Shown: positions 49,801 to 62,271, counted from the first letter of the whole stretch. The stretch is 63,333 nucleotides of DNA, filler included, from Choristocarpus tenellus KU-1152 (GCA_964200185.2; 13 parts of 13 records of this genome joined end to end with filler, not necessarily neighbours in it), one strand, 5' to 3'. Numbers and translations: made by a program. Notes: a model not told the origin generated them from the letters alone.

Positions 49801-52620
49801 ATATGTATGCTTTGAAGTGAGTGCTTCCAGAGTACATTGTACACTCAAGCAACTCATTCTCTTTTATGTTTGCACTTTTTTAGCAAGCAATGGCGAGCCA
49901 AATTGATTCCCGCGTCTTGGTAATAATACATACGCTGAAAGATCAATTTAATTCAGGTGGCTTTGTATTCTGCACAACGCAAGTTCATCGCTCCAATTTC
50001 AAAGTGTCCCATTGGATAGTGCCAACCAACTTAATGCATGGTCAAAATTTTGTCAACATATCAATTCCCCTCAAACACACTCCTTGTAAGTCCATTGCAT
50101 TCACATCAGTAATAGGTCACCCTTAAGGCCCTTGAATGGTGTGGACTTTGCTGTTACTTCCCAATACCCATCCTCCAAGTTACCCAGGAATATTCCTTCA
50201 TCAACCAAGATTTTCCATACCGATGTCTTTGTCCACATTGCACTGTACGAGCCCTTAATCCTCTTCTAAGATTTCAGCACTAGACTTTGTCTGTGAATTT
50301 GCTCAAGTCACATTGGACTACCATATTGCTCTACTCCTTCCATTATTGGAGCAACACATATCGCTCTTTAGCATAATGCATTTTGTTTGGACCCACTCTA
50401 TCCGTCATCCAGCTTCAACAGAATATCACAATTATCACTGTGAGTCTCTTGGCTCTTGCTCTGCTGGTGTTGCTTGTAGCAACCATGATATCCCTTCGCA
50501 AGCGTGTCAGGAGAAGGATGACCCGTAGCATCCCAAAGAAAGTTCGGTGAGGAGTGAGCATTGGCAATGTACCAATGTAGTGGGTGAATCCGAAAAGCAT
50601 CACATCTGTAGGCATTTCAAGGGATATATATTTATACATTATGTAAGCAAAATGGAAGTTCCTGATCAACATGCGTGTTAAAGGCAGGTTGTTATTGGTT
50701 TTGTGATTGGGTCCTAAGAGAGAAACACTTCAATGTCCCTCAGTCCATTATTCTGTTTGCACACCATCTCTGCTATCAATGCAATGAAGAAGTTCTCCAT
50801 AGTACAAGAAATTCAACTGGTGTGTAAGAGTAAGCAAAAGCACTTCACGACTAAAAAGAGTGCTACAGTCACACCAATTTAGGTGGTGTTCACTGAGTAC
50901 CAAGGGTTTGGCCTTTGTTTCCATAAATGTCATATCCTCCAAATTTGAAGGTCAATCGAATGCAGAGCACTGGAGTTGCCACATAGCTCCCATTTCAATG
51001 TGCTGAACGTTATGGTCTGCTTTGTAATAATCCAAACATCCAGAAACATCGGCATAAGAATTCACATGCAAAGCAAGGATTCTAGTACTGGTTGAAAGTA
51101 ATCACAGTGGGTTGAGGGTATACTTCTGTAGATATTGGCGATAAGAACTCTATTGATAGTATATTATATTTTGATGCTCTATAGTGAGTCAGAGTATTCT
51201 AGAGGGGGGTGCGATTGATCACAAGGGGCGCCTCTATGACTGTCTTCTGAACTTGAAATTATGTGTGGGATCATGCATTTGAGAAAAGTCTATTCCTTGA
51301 CCTGGACACACTCTCTACATCCTCACACTCCTGATTGGGGTCACACGCTCGTGAAATATGGAAGTATGGCTCATCAAGGACAACATTTTGAAAGCCCCCT
51401 AGTGAAAAATATACCCGAAATTCACCCCTCTTTAGGGTGCTTTGGCTCAGAACTATTGAGCAGTACTCCTCACGACAAGGTGACATTACAAGATCTCTCT
51501 TTTTTTTAAGGTGTCATTTGAGGGCTATCTCTGTATCAATACCACCACTGTAGTAGGAGTGCAGTCCTTTATCATGAAGGTGTTTAAGGTGATACAGCTG
51601 TAGCTGTATCACAATAATAAGATCTTTGTTGCAGACTGTACACGTCTATAGTAACGCATTGAAAATTTTGAAAGAAGGCGTGTTCCTGTTTGGCCTTTGT
51701 CTCCCCTGAAAGAGCATCTACCTCCAGGTAATTAGTATTGCTTATTGCATCATAGATTATTACTATTTGTTGAGTTGAACAACAGTTTGAAAAAAAAATG
51801 ACCAAATGCCCCCTCCAATGCATCATCAACTCTCTACTTGTATCTCCAGATATGATGCCACATCATTTCCACGGCACCTCCAAACACATGAAGGATCTGA
51901 AGAACGCTACCCCTCTATGGGAGAATCCCTTTCCAGACATGGTGAGGCCTGCACCCTGAGAATTAGTTGAGCAGTAAGATTATTGAATAATCGAAACTGT
52001 TTGCTTGTCAGTTGACTAAGAATATGTTGTCCTTGCAAATTCTTTCCAGCACTTTGTTCTTACTCTAAAAATACCACACCCCCGTATTTTCGTATTTTCA
52101 GCAATGAACATCAACTGAAATGGACCGCAGGCAGTCGAACTTGATTCTCAAGTGTAGGTGACCTTATGATCCTTTTCACAGTGTTGTGGGCCACAAGGAT
52201 TGTGTGGAATTGGAGGGAGGCGTTTAATCTGCACACCGGCCAATGTAGGAGGCAATTGAGTCAATCCTGTTGGCCAATAAATAGAAAGCGGTGACTGTCT
52301 AGCAGTTTTGCGGTATCATGCGCAATTGACAACTATACCATTATTCCCAAGTAAGGCACACCTCTGGCCGACATACTGTCCTGCCAATCAGTAAACCGAG
52401 ATTGGTTACAGACTGAAGCTTGTTTCAACATGTAGGGTCTCACCATCTCCTTTTTTTCCTTTTGAACCATCGATGATGTCGCATCTCAGACAATAATAGG
52501 ACCCGACGCTATTATATTGGTAGTGTTACCCGAAATATGCCATATTAGGCTGAAAGAACCTTGTTAGGGATAAGCCACGACTCCAAGGCCTGACACACCT
52601 TTTGGAAATACCTTTCCCCC
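46810..52620. pseudogene. Decayed, apparently spliced coding sequences (+ strand ~46810-48430, - strand ~48480-52620), probably from a large degenerate transposon
   Basis: Protein-like stretches with scattered stops and splice-like ends (e.g. ENVAYRLYWSTLPIWEG...HKFE/GTAAG; NFLWDATGHPSPD...EDGYWEV). No motif recognised. Confidence 0.3.
49128..49384. mobile_element. MITE family A copy; partial A copies also at 4107-4208, 4389-4445, 33526-33574, 53252-53321 and 63122-63265
   Basis: GAGCCAAAGTATCTTAGAGGGTAG...CCCTCTAAGATGCTTTCACTC. Confidence 0.9.
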
Positions 52621-54976
52621 CAAAAGGTCTGAATGACTACAAGAAATACGTCTGCTTCAAGGTATGCTTTAGAAATATATATATATATATGTATCACTTC
52701 AACAGCTATATCTCTCCTAATCGCGAAAAATGTACATTGGGATGGTTTGTGCGAGCATCATACAATTGCTATATGTCTTAATGTTGCCACGGCCTTACTC
52801 ACAGTCCTGTCTGGTTACAGTATCTGACAGCCCTGATCTGGACATGTCATGAAATACTGTAATCCATCCGGTCCATAGACAGGGCTGGTTACAATACTTT
52901 GTGGACATGGTCTAGACATGTCGACAAAAATTGGAACCTGTCCAGTCTGGTTCCAATTCTTGGTGGACCTGGTCCGGACATCATGTATGGTGTGTAAGGA
53001 ATTTTGGAACTGGTCTGGCCAGCGGACTGGTCCCTTCGAATTTGCCTGGCCTGATGAAGATCGGAAAGCCCTAAGAATTTCGTTTGGCGTGGCAACAGTA
53101 TGACTTAGTGAGGTTATTTTCATACCCTATAAATCCCATGATGGTGAGATGTGCAATTTATTCAAACAGCTATGGAGGACAGAGGGAGGACGATACACTA
53201 TTACGGAGGAATGTAATGCGAACAGTATGACTAGATATGATTTCAAATAACGAGCCAAAGTATCTTAGAGGGTAGAGCCGCGTCCATTTGGGGATCAAAA
53301 TACAATGTGATTTTGATGTAANNNNNNNNNNNNNNNNNNNNNNNNNNNNNNNNNNNNNNNNNNNNTTAATTAATTAANNNNNNNNNNNNNNNNNNNNNNN
53401 NNNNNNNNNNNNNNNNNNNNNCAGTGGTGTGCACAAATATCCCCCCCCACACACACCGGGGGGGGGGGGGAGAACAGAGGACCGTGTGCTAGTGAATACA
53501 AGTGAGTGCACGGGTGTGTGTTGTGTGTTTATTATGTGTGCATGTATGTATGTATGTTTTGTCGCCGGGGAGGGGTTTGTTTCTTTTTTTGGTTCTCGAA
53601 GGACTTGTACATTAGGGGCCACCGTGGTTGTAGTAGATCGCACAGAGGCCATGTTGATACATACGCACGTACTACATAAAAAAAACTTTTTGCACATAAT
53701 AATACAGTGCGCACAATCTCATCATCTCCAAGGGAAATTCACGCGTTCAATTTAGAATGATCTACTACATCGCCATGTCATACACACACACACACACACA
53801 CACTGGAACCACAGAGAAGAATATACTTCAAAATGCATGGGCGTCTCACACACGGGTCGACAACCGAGCAACCTACTACATAAGCAGGTCGACAACCTTC
53901 TGTTCTGAATTGCAAACTGATGCTGGTGCAAAACATACGGTATTCATTCCTGGAGGATATATACAGTGGCACACTACGTGGTTCCTGCTCTTGAGTGACC
54001 CTTACAAATTCTTAACCCTAACCCTTATTGCACTTGTTACTACTCCCGTCCTTTTTTAATTTGCAATATTTTTGTCCATCTTCCAGGATTTCAAACGCCA
54101 AAAAAGAACAAAACATGGCCAACACGAGCTAATCGCCTCCTCTTCGAGGCTGTCTATTTCGGTCTGTCCCCCTCCTGGTTTGAGGGGTGCAAATACCTCA
54201 AAACGACCGCCCAGTCCTTGGCATATCATCAACACGTGCCCTCTTGAGGACAGCAGAGTGGGGGGATCTTAGTCTTTGAAAGGGGCGGACTGGGGGCTTA
54301 ATAAATATATAAATAAATAAAGCAATATATATTTTTTTTAGTGACACAATAGTGTGAGAGCAAAAACAGCACCAGATTTCAACTGAACTTTACAGAAGTC
54401 TCTTTAAAGCGATCACTCCTTACTTCACAAAGTATTAACAGCATGGCACACAAGATGCAGAGGTGTATTGCAAAGTGCTTCCACTACTACTCCTAACTGT
54501 GCCTGCCAGGGACAGAGTTTCAGAACCAAAGGGGATTCAGGCAGTGTCAGTGACTGATAAAAGACATTCTCCAGCAACAAAATATCCAGATGAAAGGTGC
54601 ACCCGCATTGATATCCACTATATTGTAAAGACCACCAACAAGTGAAATTAATTGTGCACAGATTTGGAAATATATACACATAAATACATACTAGGGCATA
54701 TGTATGTATTTAATCATAAAGCATAGCACATACTGCTGCATAGAGTTGTGCTCCCCACATGTAGAACTCAATGCTGTCCTCTGCTCTCCCTCCACAACAG
54801 AAGTGCAATTCCATAATTTTGATTACTCATAAATGTCACAAGCCAAGCCAAGACAGCACAAGCTTCCATACAAATGAAAGGATCAGACATTTTTTGTAGT
54901 CAAATCTTTGCGCCCCATGCAATAATGCGCTGATGCCGAGGTATGAATTCTGTGTATGAGGAGAGGAGACTCTTAC

Positions 54977-55024
54977 CAACAGGAGTCCATCCATCACCCG
55001 CGCCACAAACGTGAGCACCGGCAT
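54977..55024 (-). CDS. SEC22: SEC22 (longin R-SNARE), first coding exon
   Basis: ATG in GGAGCCATG context; MPVLTFVARVMDGLLL matches the Sec22 N-terminal LTxxARxxDGL motif; donor GTAAGA at phase 0. Later exons were not found in this contig. Confidence 0.8.
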
Positions 55025-56701
55025 GGCTCCGACACTTTCCTTGTTACGCCTGCACCTGCGGCAAATCTGTTCCAACACAAGGCACACCAATTAATGCAAA
55101 ACCGAGTGGGGATTGATGAAACTGCAGACTTGTGGAAGGTGTAAGAGGGGAACTAAACCTGGACCGGAAAACATCAGGGGACCGGTAGGTATGTGGGAGT
55201 TCCAGTACCTTGAGAGATCAACTCCACCCAACCCCCCTTCCCAATAAACCACGACAAACCTGTGCAGTGATCTACATGTACCAGGATTTGTGTTTGAGTA
55301 TGTCGGAAGGCTAACGTGTCAGCAATTTTCTTTATCCATCTCTGGGCCTTACGCGAACACAAACGTGGTTTCCAAGGCAATAGAATAACGAATGTATGAA
55401 TACATAAGGCATGAAGACCATGTCGTACGAATATCTTTCCTTCGTTGAAACAGATAAACAAAATGACCAAAACTTTAGAGTGCGACAAAGGAGAACCTGA
55501 CCGTCCGTGAAATCAAAAGGAACTCCGTGAGATTGTATCACCATTCGATGCTCGTATGAACCCTGGTAAAATACCCACTTATAAAGCAGCATTTATCTCT
55601 TCGCAACACTAGACACGTTCTACAGGTGGAATTGTGCACTGTCACGATTGGAGGCCACAACCATCAGTGGTAAGGACAAAGGTGGAGGGAATCTAAGCAA
55701 ATACTCGTGCTCGAAATATAACCGAGCACAACAAATATGTCTACGGGAAGGGCAGTCATGAGTGAGAAATATTCAGGAAGGGGACACAGGACGGAGTTGC
55801 CCCTCCCTTCATTGGGTGTCCTGCGAATACATTTCAGTAAAACAGTTGTACATCTTGCCATCCCAAACTCCATCTCCCACCGACTATGGTCAACTTACCT
55901 GCGCTCTTGCTGGATCACGCAACCAAGCCTGCCTCTCCTTTCACGTCAAGTTATGCCCACGAAAATGGCGTCGACGACAAAACAGGGATTGAGAAACCTT
56001 GTGCCCACACCTCGTCCAACGTTATTCTTCCCCTCCTCCTTGGGATGGTCAGTCCACGTAGGCTTTCAATTTTGCAGCTGCAATGCGTGCACACGTGATG
56101 AAGGGTGCCTTGTTAAACCTCGACTTGGTTGGTAGATGTAGATTCTTGGTGTTACTCTGTGTTCTGGTGTTGTCGTGGAGTAGTTGTGTTTCTCAACACA
56201 AAAGTGGAGAGGACTACCGACAGATATTTGGAAGGAAGATTTCACCGACCGATTCCAAGGTGTTTGAGACCGCAAGGGTACTGCCAACACTTGCAACTGG
56301 AGTTTGCCTTGCAGACTATCGACGAAAGCTGGGGACAAGTCCCTTCTGATCATGTGCGCTATTTAACATCTGCTCTCATAGAGTTACCTTCCCATTGTAT
56401 TCTGGGGTTGGTATTGTAACGCCCTAAGAATGTTGACTGCAGATACAAGGTCCTGGATCCAAACTCCATTTTGTACAGAGATAGCATGATAGTTCCATCG
56501 ATTCACAGCGGCAGTTGATCCCACGCTGGAGAATAACTGTCCCGAACCTTTTTATTGCTATTTTCTGTTGACATACCTTCTTCCTGCAATACGTCCCCTG
56601 ACAGACGTTGTTGTGCTCTAGTGTGAAGTGTTTGGGGAGGTGCCTTTGACCAAGGCTTATAGTGCATCCTGTGGTGAGGGGGACGGGGGGTTATTGAAGC
56701 T

Positions 56702-57087
56702 ATGGATGACAACCTGTATGATGAGTTCGGCAACTATATCGGTCCCGAGCTGGCCGACAGTAGCGAGGAGGAGGACTCGGAGCCAGAGGAGGATGATGTA
56801 TGTATCAATGGGTTGACTGAGCAAGTGGCTGACAAGCCTGTCTCATTATGTGAATGCAGTCTTGCAAGTTTCCCCCTTCCCCCCTCATTCAGCGTGAAGA
56901 ACAACCGGTCGCGGACTTGTCCCACCCTTGACAGTATCCCTATTCTCCTGGCCCTCCTCTATTGGGTTGCACTGCCTGCACAGGCGGAGGGTGACGGAGA
57001 TGGCTTTGGCGAGGGTGCAGAGGTTGGGGGTATGGATGTAGACGAGGAGGAAGTTGGGAACGCCATCGTGTTACACGAGGACAAGAA
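56702..57087 (+). CDS. EFTUD2: U5 snRNP 116-kDa GTPase (EFTUD2/SNU114), exon 1 (56702-56797) and exon 2 (56984-57087); 3'-partial
   Basis: MDDNLYDEFGNYIGPEL, an acidic tract and IVLHEDKK are the diagnostic Snu114 N-terminus; GTATGT..CAG intron; donor GTGAGT at 57088. Confidence 0.96.
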
Positions 57088-59469
57088 GTGAGTGCCAGGA
57101 CTCGTAAATTGTCAAGGTCTGGAACAACTATTTAGAATCTGTACGATCTTTTTCCTATCCAATCTGCTCTTCTCTGTACCAGTAATTCAAGTATCCCCAA
57201 TCCATTGCCTTATGCCCTCAGCCTCTCACCCCCCCCCCCCCTCCTTCTACCTCCCTCTCCCCTTCGCACNNNNNNNNNNNNNNNNNNNNNNNNNNNNNNN
57301 NNNNNNNNNNNNNTTAATTAATTAANNNNNNNNNNNNNNNNNNNNNNNNNNNNNNNNNNNNNNNNNNNNTTTGGCTGCCGCTGCGTGTTTTAAAATGCGC
57401 GAAAAAAAAAATTTTTTTTTCCCAAACGGGCCCCCCCCCCCCAACCCCCCCCCCCCCCCCCCCCAGATACTTTGAGTCCAAGACAGCTGTATTTCAACAG
57501 TCCTAGACATGTCATTGGGGGACTGAGAGGGAACTGTTGGCTGAGATGCATCCCAGTATTTGCAATACTCCTCACCACGTTGACTGTGGTTTTGAGGCGA
57601 TAAATCTTGCACTCCCATTCGTTCTAGAGGGAAGAATACAACCTATGGCTTGGTATTTCACCACCAATGTAAATTCCCTGAAGTCATTGGTCACTATGTA
57701 TGCTAGTCCAACGGATTTCCAAGAGGTATTGTGTACTCTTAACACTGTGTACTACTAGAATGACCCTGCCACGCTGCTCGATTATTAAGGAACATAAGCT
57801 TGGCAGGGTTCTTAGCTGTACTTGTGACTAATTGTCTCAGCAAGCATCTATTCAGGAATATTTCCCTGACTGGAAGCCTTAAATTATCGTAGTTCATGCT
57901 GTCATATATTGGTTTGATCTGCAACTTCTACACCACCTTGACTGAATCACCAATAACCTATTATTGGCTTCATGATGACATTTGGAGAAGTAGAAGAAGA
58001 TCTAAACCTCAATTGAATTCCTCTTAGAGATCTCTTTGCCTTCATTCCCCTATTATAGGTCTAGTGCTCTCATGCTTATTCGAAGCTCTCGATGCCATTC
58101 GGAATTTCTGTTCATAGAATCGCACGACCAAGAAGGAGTGAATTCTAGTACATTATTGTAAACAGAAGAGGACGGCAAAAGTGTTTGAGTGATTGATGTC
58201 GTTTGACTTGGACAGGCGACACAAAAATGAGCAAATTTAGCACCAAATGTTCTTGGATTTGACCTGTGGACCTTGAATCTAGCAACCTTTATGTAGATCA
58301 GTAGTGGGGGATTTAACAGAGAAAAAAAATGTATAAAAGATCATTCCTATTGGTAGTTTCATCATGCTTGTGCTGAGGATAGAACCTTGTGCTGATGATA
58401 AAGGCTCAATTTTCCTGGTGTTTGTCTGGAGATCCTTTTTTGCATAAAGACTACATTATTGATATTACAGCTAGGGTTAAAGAAAGGGTTGCAGGTGTGA
58501 ACCAACCTTTGTCATCGGGCCATCCATGTCCTCCACAAGGGCTAAGGCTCTTGCAAGACACTTCTCTGCTTTTGCGTGATGTCCTGAACCCAAGGCCTAT
58601 AGACACAGTATGCACACACCACAGATGAGTAGGATACACATTGAGGCCTCGGGTTATTGGTAAAAACATTAACTACATCTGCATGGCCTTCCAGGGTGAA
58701 ATAAAGGCTAAGACCATTGTACTGCACAAGGGATATCCAGAGTTCAATTTCCAGCAGATAGGTATTCTTATATAGGAGATTGGTCGGCAGGAGGCCTACG
58801 GATCATATCCCAATGGCCCACCCAGTCATTACAATGTCGGAATAACAGTTCTCGATGGCACCAGGAGCTGATTTCGGTTCCCACATGATGTGACTTTCTT
58901 CTTTGTGCAGTTTTCTGCTGTGGAAAGCTTGTCTCTGAGCAAGAAATGCACTATATATTTGATCAGTGTGTAGAGGTGGGTGGTAAGGTCAACTAGCGGT
59001 AAGCTGATTGATCCTACTGTATCAGAAGCAAGATACGAAGTAAACTTGGTAGTTTAAGGGGTACCTTAAGACACCAAGTTAGGTCAGTCCAAACTAAGGT
59101 GAAGACAATAAAAAATGTAAGAATTAGATTAATTGTACTGCATTATAGTACCGGTCAGATTGCAGGAGTGGTTCAAGTTCTGCAGATGGCACAGTGCTGA
59201 GTGCAAAACTATTTCCATACCAAATCTATCCCGAATAACAAGCAGTTGAAACCTGAAACGTCAGAGGGGTGGAGAGCCTTGACCGTAAGACCTTGTAAAG
59301 AGCTTTCTTCAAAGCAAACACATAGGCCTGCCATATCATTCAAGCATAATTTCCATGATAATACAAAATCCACTTAATTCAGAGAAGTGTATGTGGTAAG
59401 GAATGTACTAGTGCCACCAAAAAAATGCTAATGTCAGGTTACTGCTCTTTTTTTTTCAAAAGGGGTAGA

Positions 59470-60070
59470 GACCCATAGTATCCTGGAGGAGGGATCAAGC
59501 GTCCATTCAGGGCCGGTGTGAACCTGTAGTGATTTTCATTCCATCAAAGTGAACGTGTCAGATGTAACGGCAATTTCCTTCATCTGAAAGCACCTTCCTT
59601 TTTCACCCCCCTGCCTGAACCAAACCCAAAGGTAATCACTCACAAGATGGGCTACAAACAGGGGTATCTTACAGCACTCAATCAAGCCCCAAATGACCAA
59701 CCTGGGCTAAACATCTCCCCTCGAAGGAGTGAAAGTATCTCAGAGGGTACTAGTTTTGCCCTGTTTGTCCATTTGGGGCTTGGCTTCCCACGGGATTTTT
59801 ATGACATTTTAACCACTCCGAAACATTTTGGAGTAGGTAAAATGTATATGTGTACACGTTATGAAAAGGTGTGTCCGAAACAAGGATACTGACACTTTCC
59901 AACAAACACGATAGGGTCAAAGTATCTGAGGGGGGGTGGTGGCTGTCCATTTGGGGTCAATTTTTCCATGTCGCGATTTTTGGGTGATTCGGTTGCATAT
60001 GTCGGATGGATAATGTAAATGCACTTTTCCTTACTTTGGACCAAATGGACACCCTGGCGTAGACCCCCCC
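59470..60070. mobile_element. Triple nest: MITE D (59470-59726) interrupted by A (59727-59913), interrupted by B (59914 to contig end)
   Basis: Each element starts with its own TIR exactly where the previous family sequence breaks off. Confidence 0.87.
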
Positions 60071-60179
60071 NNNNNNNNNNNNNNNNNNNNNNNNNNNNNN
60101 NNNNNNNNNNNNNNTTAATTAATTAANNNNNNNNNNNNNNNNNNNNNNNNNNNNNNNNNNNNNNNNNNNNATCAGGGCA

Positions 60180-60362
60180 GGCTCGTAGTATCTGGGGGGG
60201 GGGGGTAGCGGCTGTCCAATTGGGGTCAATTTTTTTATGTCACGATTTTTGGGTGATTTGGTTGCATAGGTCGGATGGATGATGTAAATGCACTTTTCCT
60301 GATTTTGGTGTAAATGGACACCCTGGTGTAGCCACCCCCCCCCCCCACAGATACTTTGGGTC
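60180..60362. mobile_element. MITE family B copy; TSD GCA. Partial B ends also at 1-30, 15765-15818, 15919-15938, 26877-26896, 37198-37285, 45289-45361 and 57431-57478
   Basis: TIRs and family B interior; GCA on both flanks. Confidence 0.9.
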
Positions 60363-60389
60363 GCAACGTTGTGCAATCAGAGGTTCCTA

Positions 60390-60712
60390 TTTGCTGTGTC
60401 AGTTCCCTGCATGGGGGATAAGCGACTTCCTAGAAGGTTGATGTTTGGGGAGCTCGTGAATGGAAAGCAGAAGCAAGGTGGACAGGAGAAGAACTAATGG
60501 AAATGTCTCCCAAGACCTTGACTATTTATGATGATTGAACTTGAGGGTTGGAGCACGAGAGTAACTAACCAACAGGAGTGGTAAGTGTTGGTGGCTAATG
60601 GCATAGCAACGATCATGGCCGAATGGCATTCGATGGAAGCTGTGGTAGCTAACATACGTCACACCAAGGCGGCAGGTAAGGTCACCCAAGCCACAACCAC
60701 CACGACCACCAC
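60390..60712 (+). mobile_element. RTE-clade LINE 3' fragment
   Basis: MGDKRLPRRLMFGELVNGKQKQGGQEKN matches the RTE C-terminal RLPK..LYGEL..G.R..GG motif; (CCA)n-like tail. Confidence 0.8.
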
Positions 60713-61338
60713 GGTCTGCTGGAATCTTTGTGGACTTATTCTCTTGCATCCTTTGTTTAGTTTCTCCTCTTCCCGTAGTTTTTTCCAAGTGATGGTGTTT
60801 TCACCAGCCTATTCTATTATTCTCCCTTTCATAAATTTCTTCAGTTCTTTTTTTATTTTTATTTTCACTGCTCTTTTTTTTTTTGCGGTCCTTGTTGTAT
60901 TTTTGTAGTAGTAGTAGTAGTGTGCATTGTCTTATTTGGACTATTTTTTTTAACAAAGCGTCCACCAGTCTATTCGTGTCTTGTGCTTTTCCAGTACCGG
61001 CTCTCTCACATACGCATGTTGCCAGTAACACAGCTTACAACACCTCCACAAATATTAACCAGGTAGTTTATGTCCGTGCATCCGTCTTTGCCTATACCTT
61101 AACCATACTGACTTCTCATCCCCGCGCGTAGGCTCGCGCGATCGCTCCCATACTATCCTGAAAACCAGAAAACTAGAAAGCTCACCACCACTAGCCCCTT
61201 GGATCCCTCTCATGTATGTACTTCTTAAGACCAAGTCACCAAAACAAAAACACGAAAAGCAAGTCCTAGACTGACACCATTGAGTACCTAGCATATTGTA
61301 CTTCATTGTACTAAATACAATAGTTCGTAAGCGGGTCA

Positions 61339-62119
61339 GGGCCATAGTATCCTAGAGTTGGGAGCGTTTTGTTCAGTTTATCTATTCGGGGCTTGATGGA
61401 TTGTTGTAAAATATCTCAGTTTGATGCCCGTTACGCGGGTAATTTTCCTCCAAATTTGGTCCAGGCAAAGGTATATAGAAACAAGGTGCATTCAGATGAA
61501 GGAAACTGCCTTTAAATCTTACACATTCACTCATATTACATGATAATAACGACAGGGTCACATAGGCTACGAATGGACACCTGAACCACCTTCTAAGCTA
61601 CTATGGCTGTTCATATTTGGCACAAAATCTTGACTTCAAAACATATCGATAAGACCCCTCGCACGTAAAGACGGAGGAGAGTCTCGCCATATTTTTTCCC
61701 CTCTTCTCTCCTCCCCTGCCCTGTCCGAAACACAATCTCTAAGGAGTCCAGGCCCTTCCTAGAGGGACGTATTTATTGTTTTACCTCGAAGTATTACTAA
61801 TAATGTAACAGTATGAACGAAAAATTACTACCGTACTTGTAAGTAGACCCATCGTATCCTAGAGGGGGGGGTAAGGCGTCCATTTGGGACTGGTGTGAAC
61901 ATTAATTGATTTTCAAGTCATCTGAGTGAATGTGTCACATGTGAGGGCAATTGCCTTCATCTGAACCCATCTTCCTTTTCCACCCCCATACCTGAACCAG
62001 ATCTGAAGGAACAATCACTCGCAAAATGGGCATCAAACTGAGGTATTTTACAACACCCTATCAAGCCCCGAATGGACGACCTGAGCTAAACAACCCCCAC
62101 CCCTAAAATACTATGAGGT
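61339..62119. mobile_element. Two MITE family D copies (~270 bp) in opposite orientation: 61339-61609 and 61846-62119 (TSD AGTA)
   Basis: Termini G..CCATAGTATCCTAGAG; interior shared with 59470-59726. Confidence 0.82.
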
Positions 62120-62271
62120 AGTACCACACAACGTACTACCGCAGCCGTAGTAGTAGTGTTACAGGCGAATAACGAGAGTATTTCTTCTCACGTTATAACA
62201 AGTACAAGCAGTATACACATGTGGGAAAGCTTTATAAAAAGGAACTCCGATTTGCCAAGAGTTGCAGAGTA

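Noticed and set aside
37198-55024. Linking minus-strand exons at 38-41 kb to SEC22 as one gene
   Set aside because: They lie on different contigs separated by artificial spacers, and the peptides do not resemble Sec22.
46810-56420. Fanzor/TnpB, KDZ or Helitron catalytic motifs
   Set aside because: No RuvC, DDE or Rep/helicase signature was recognisable in the stretches I translated by hand; a profile search is still needed.
58451-58669. HGWPDD resembling an alpha/beta-hydrolase motif
   Set aside because: Preceding residues lack the hydrophobic strand, and there is no supporting exon structure.
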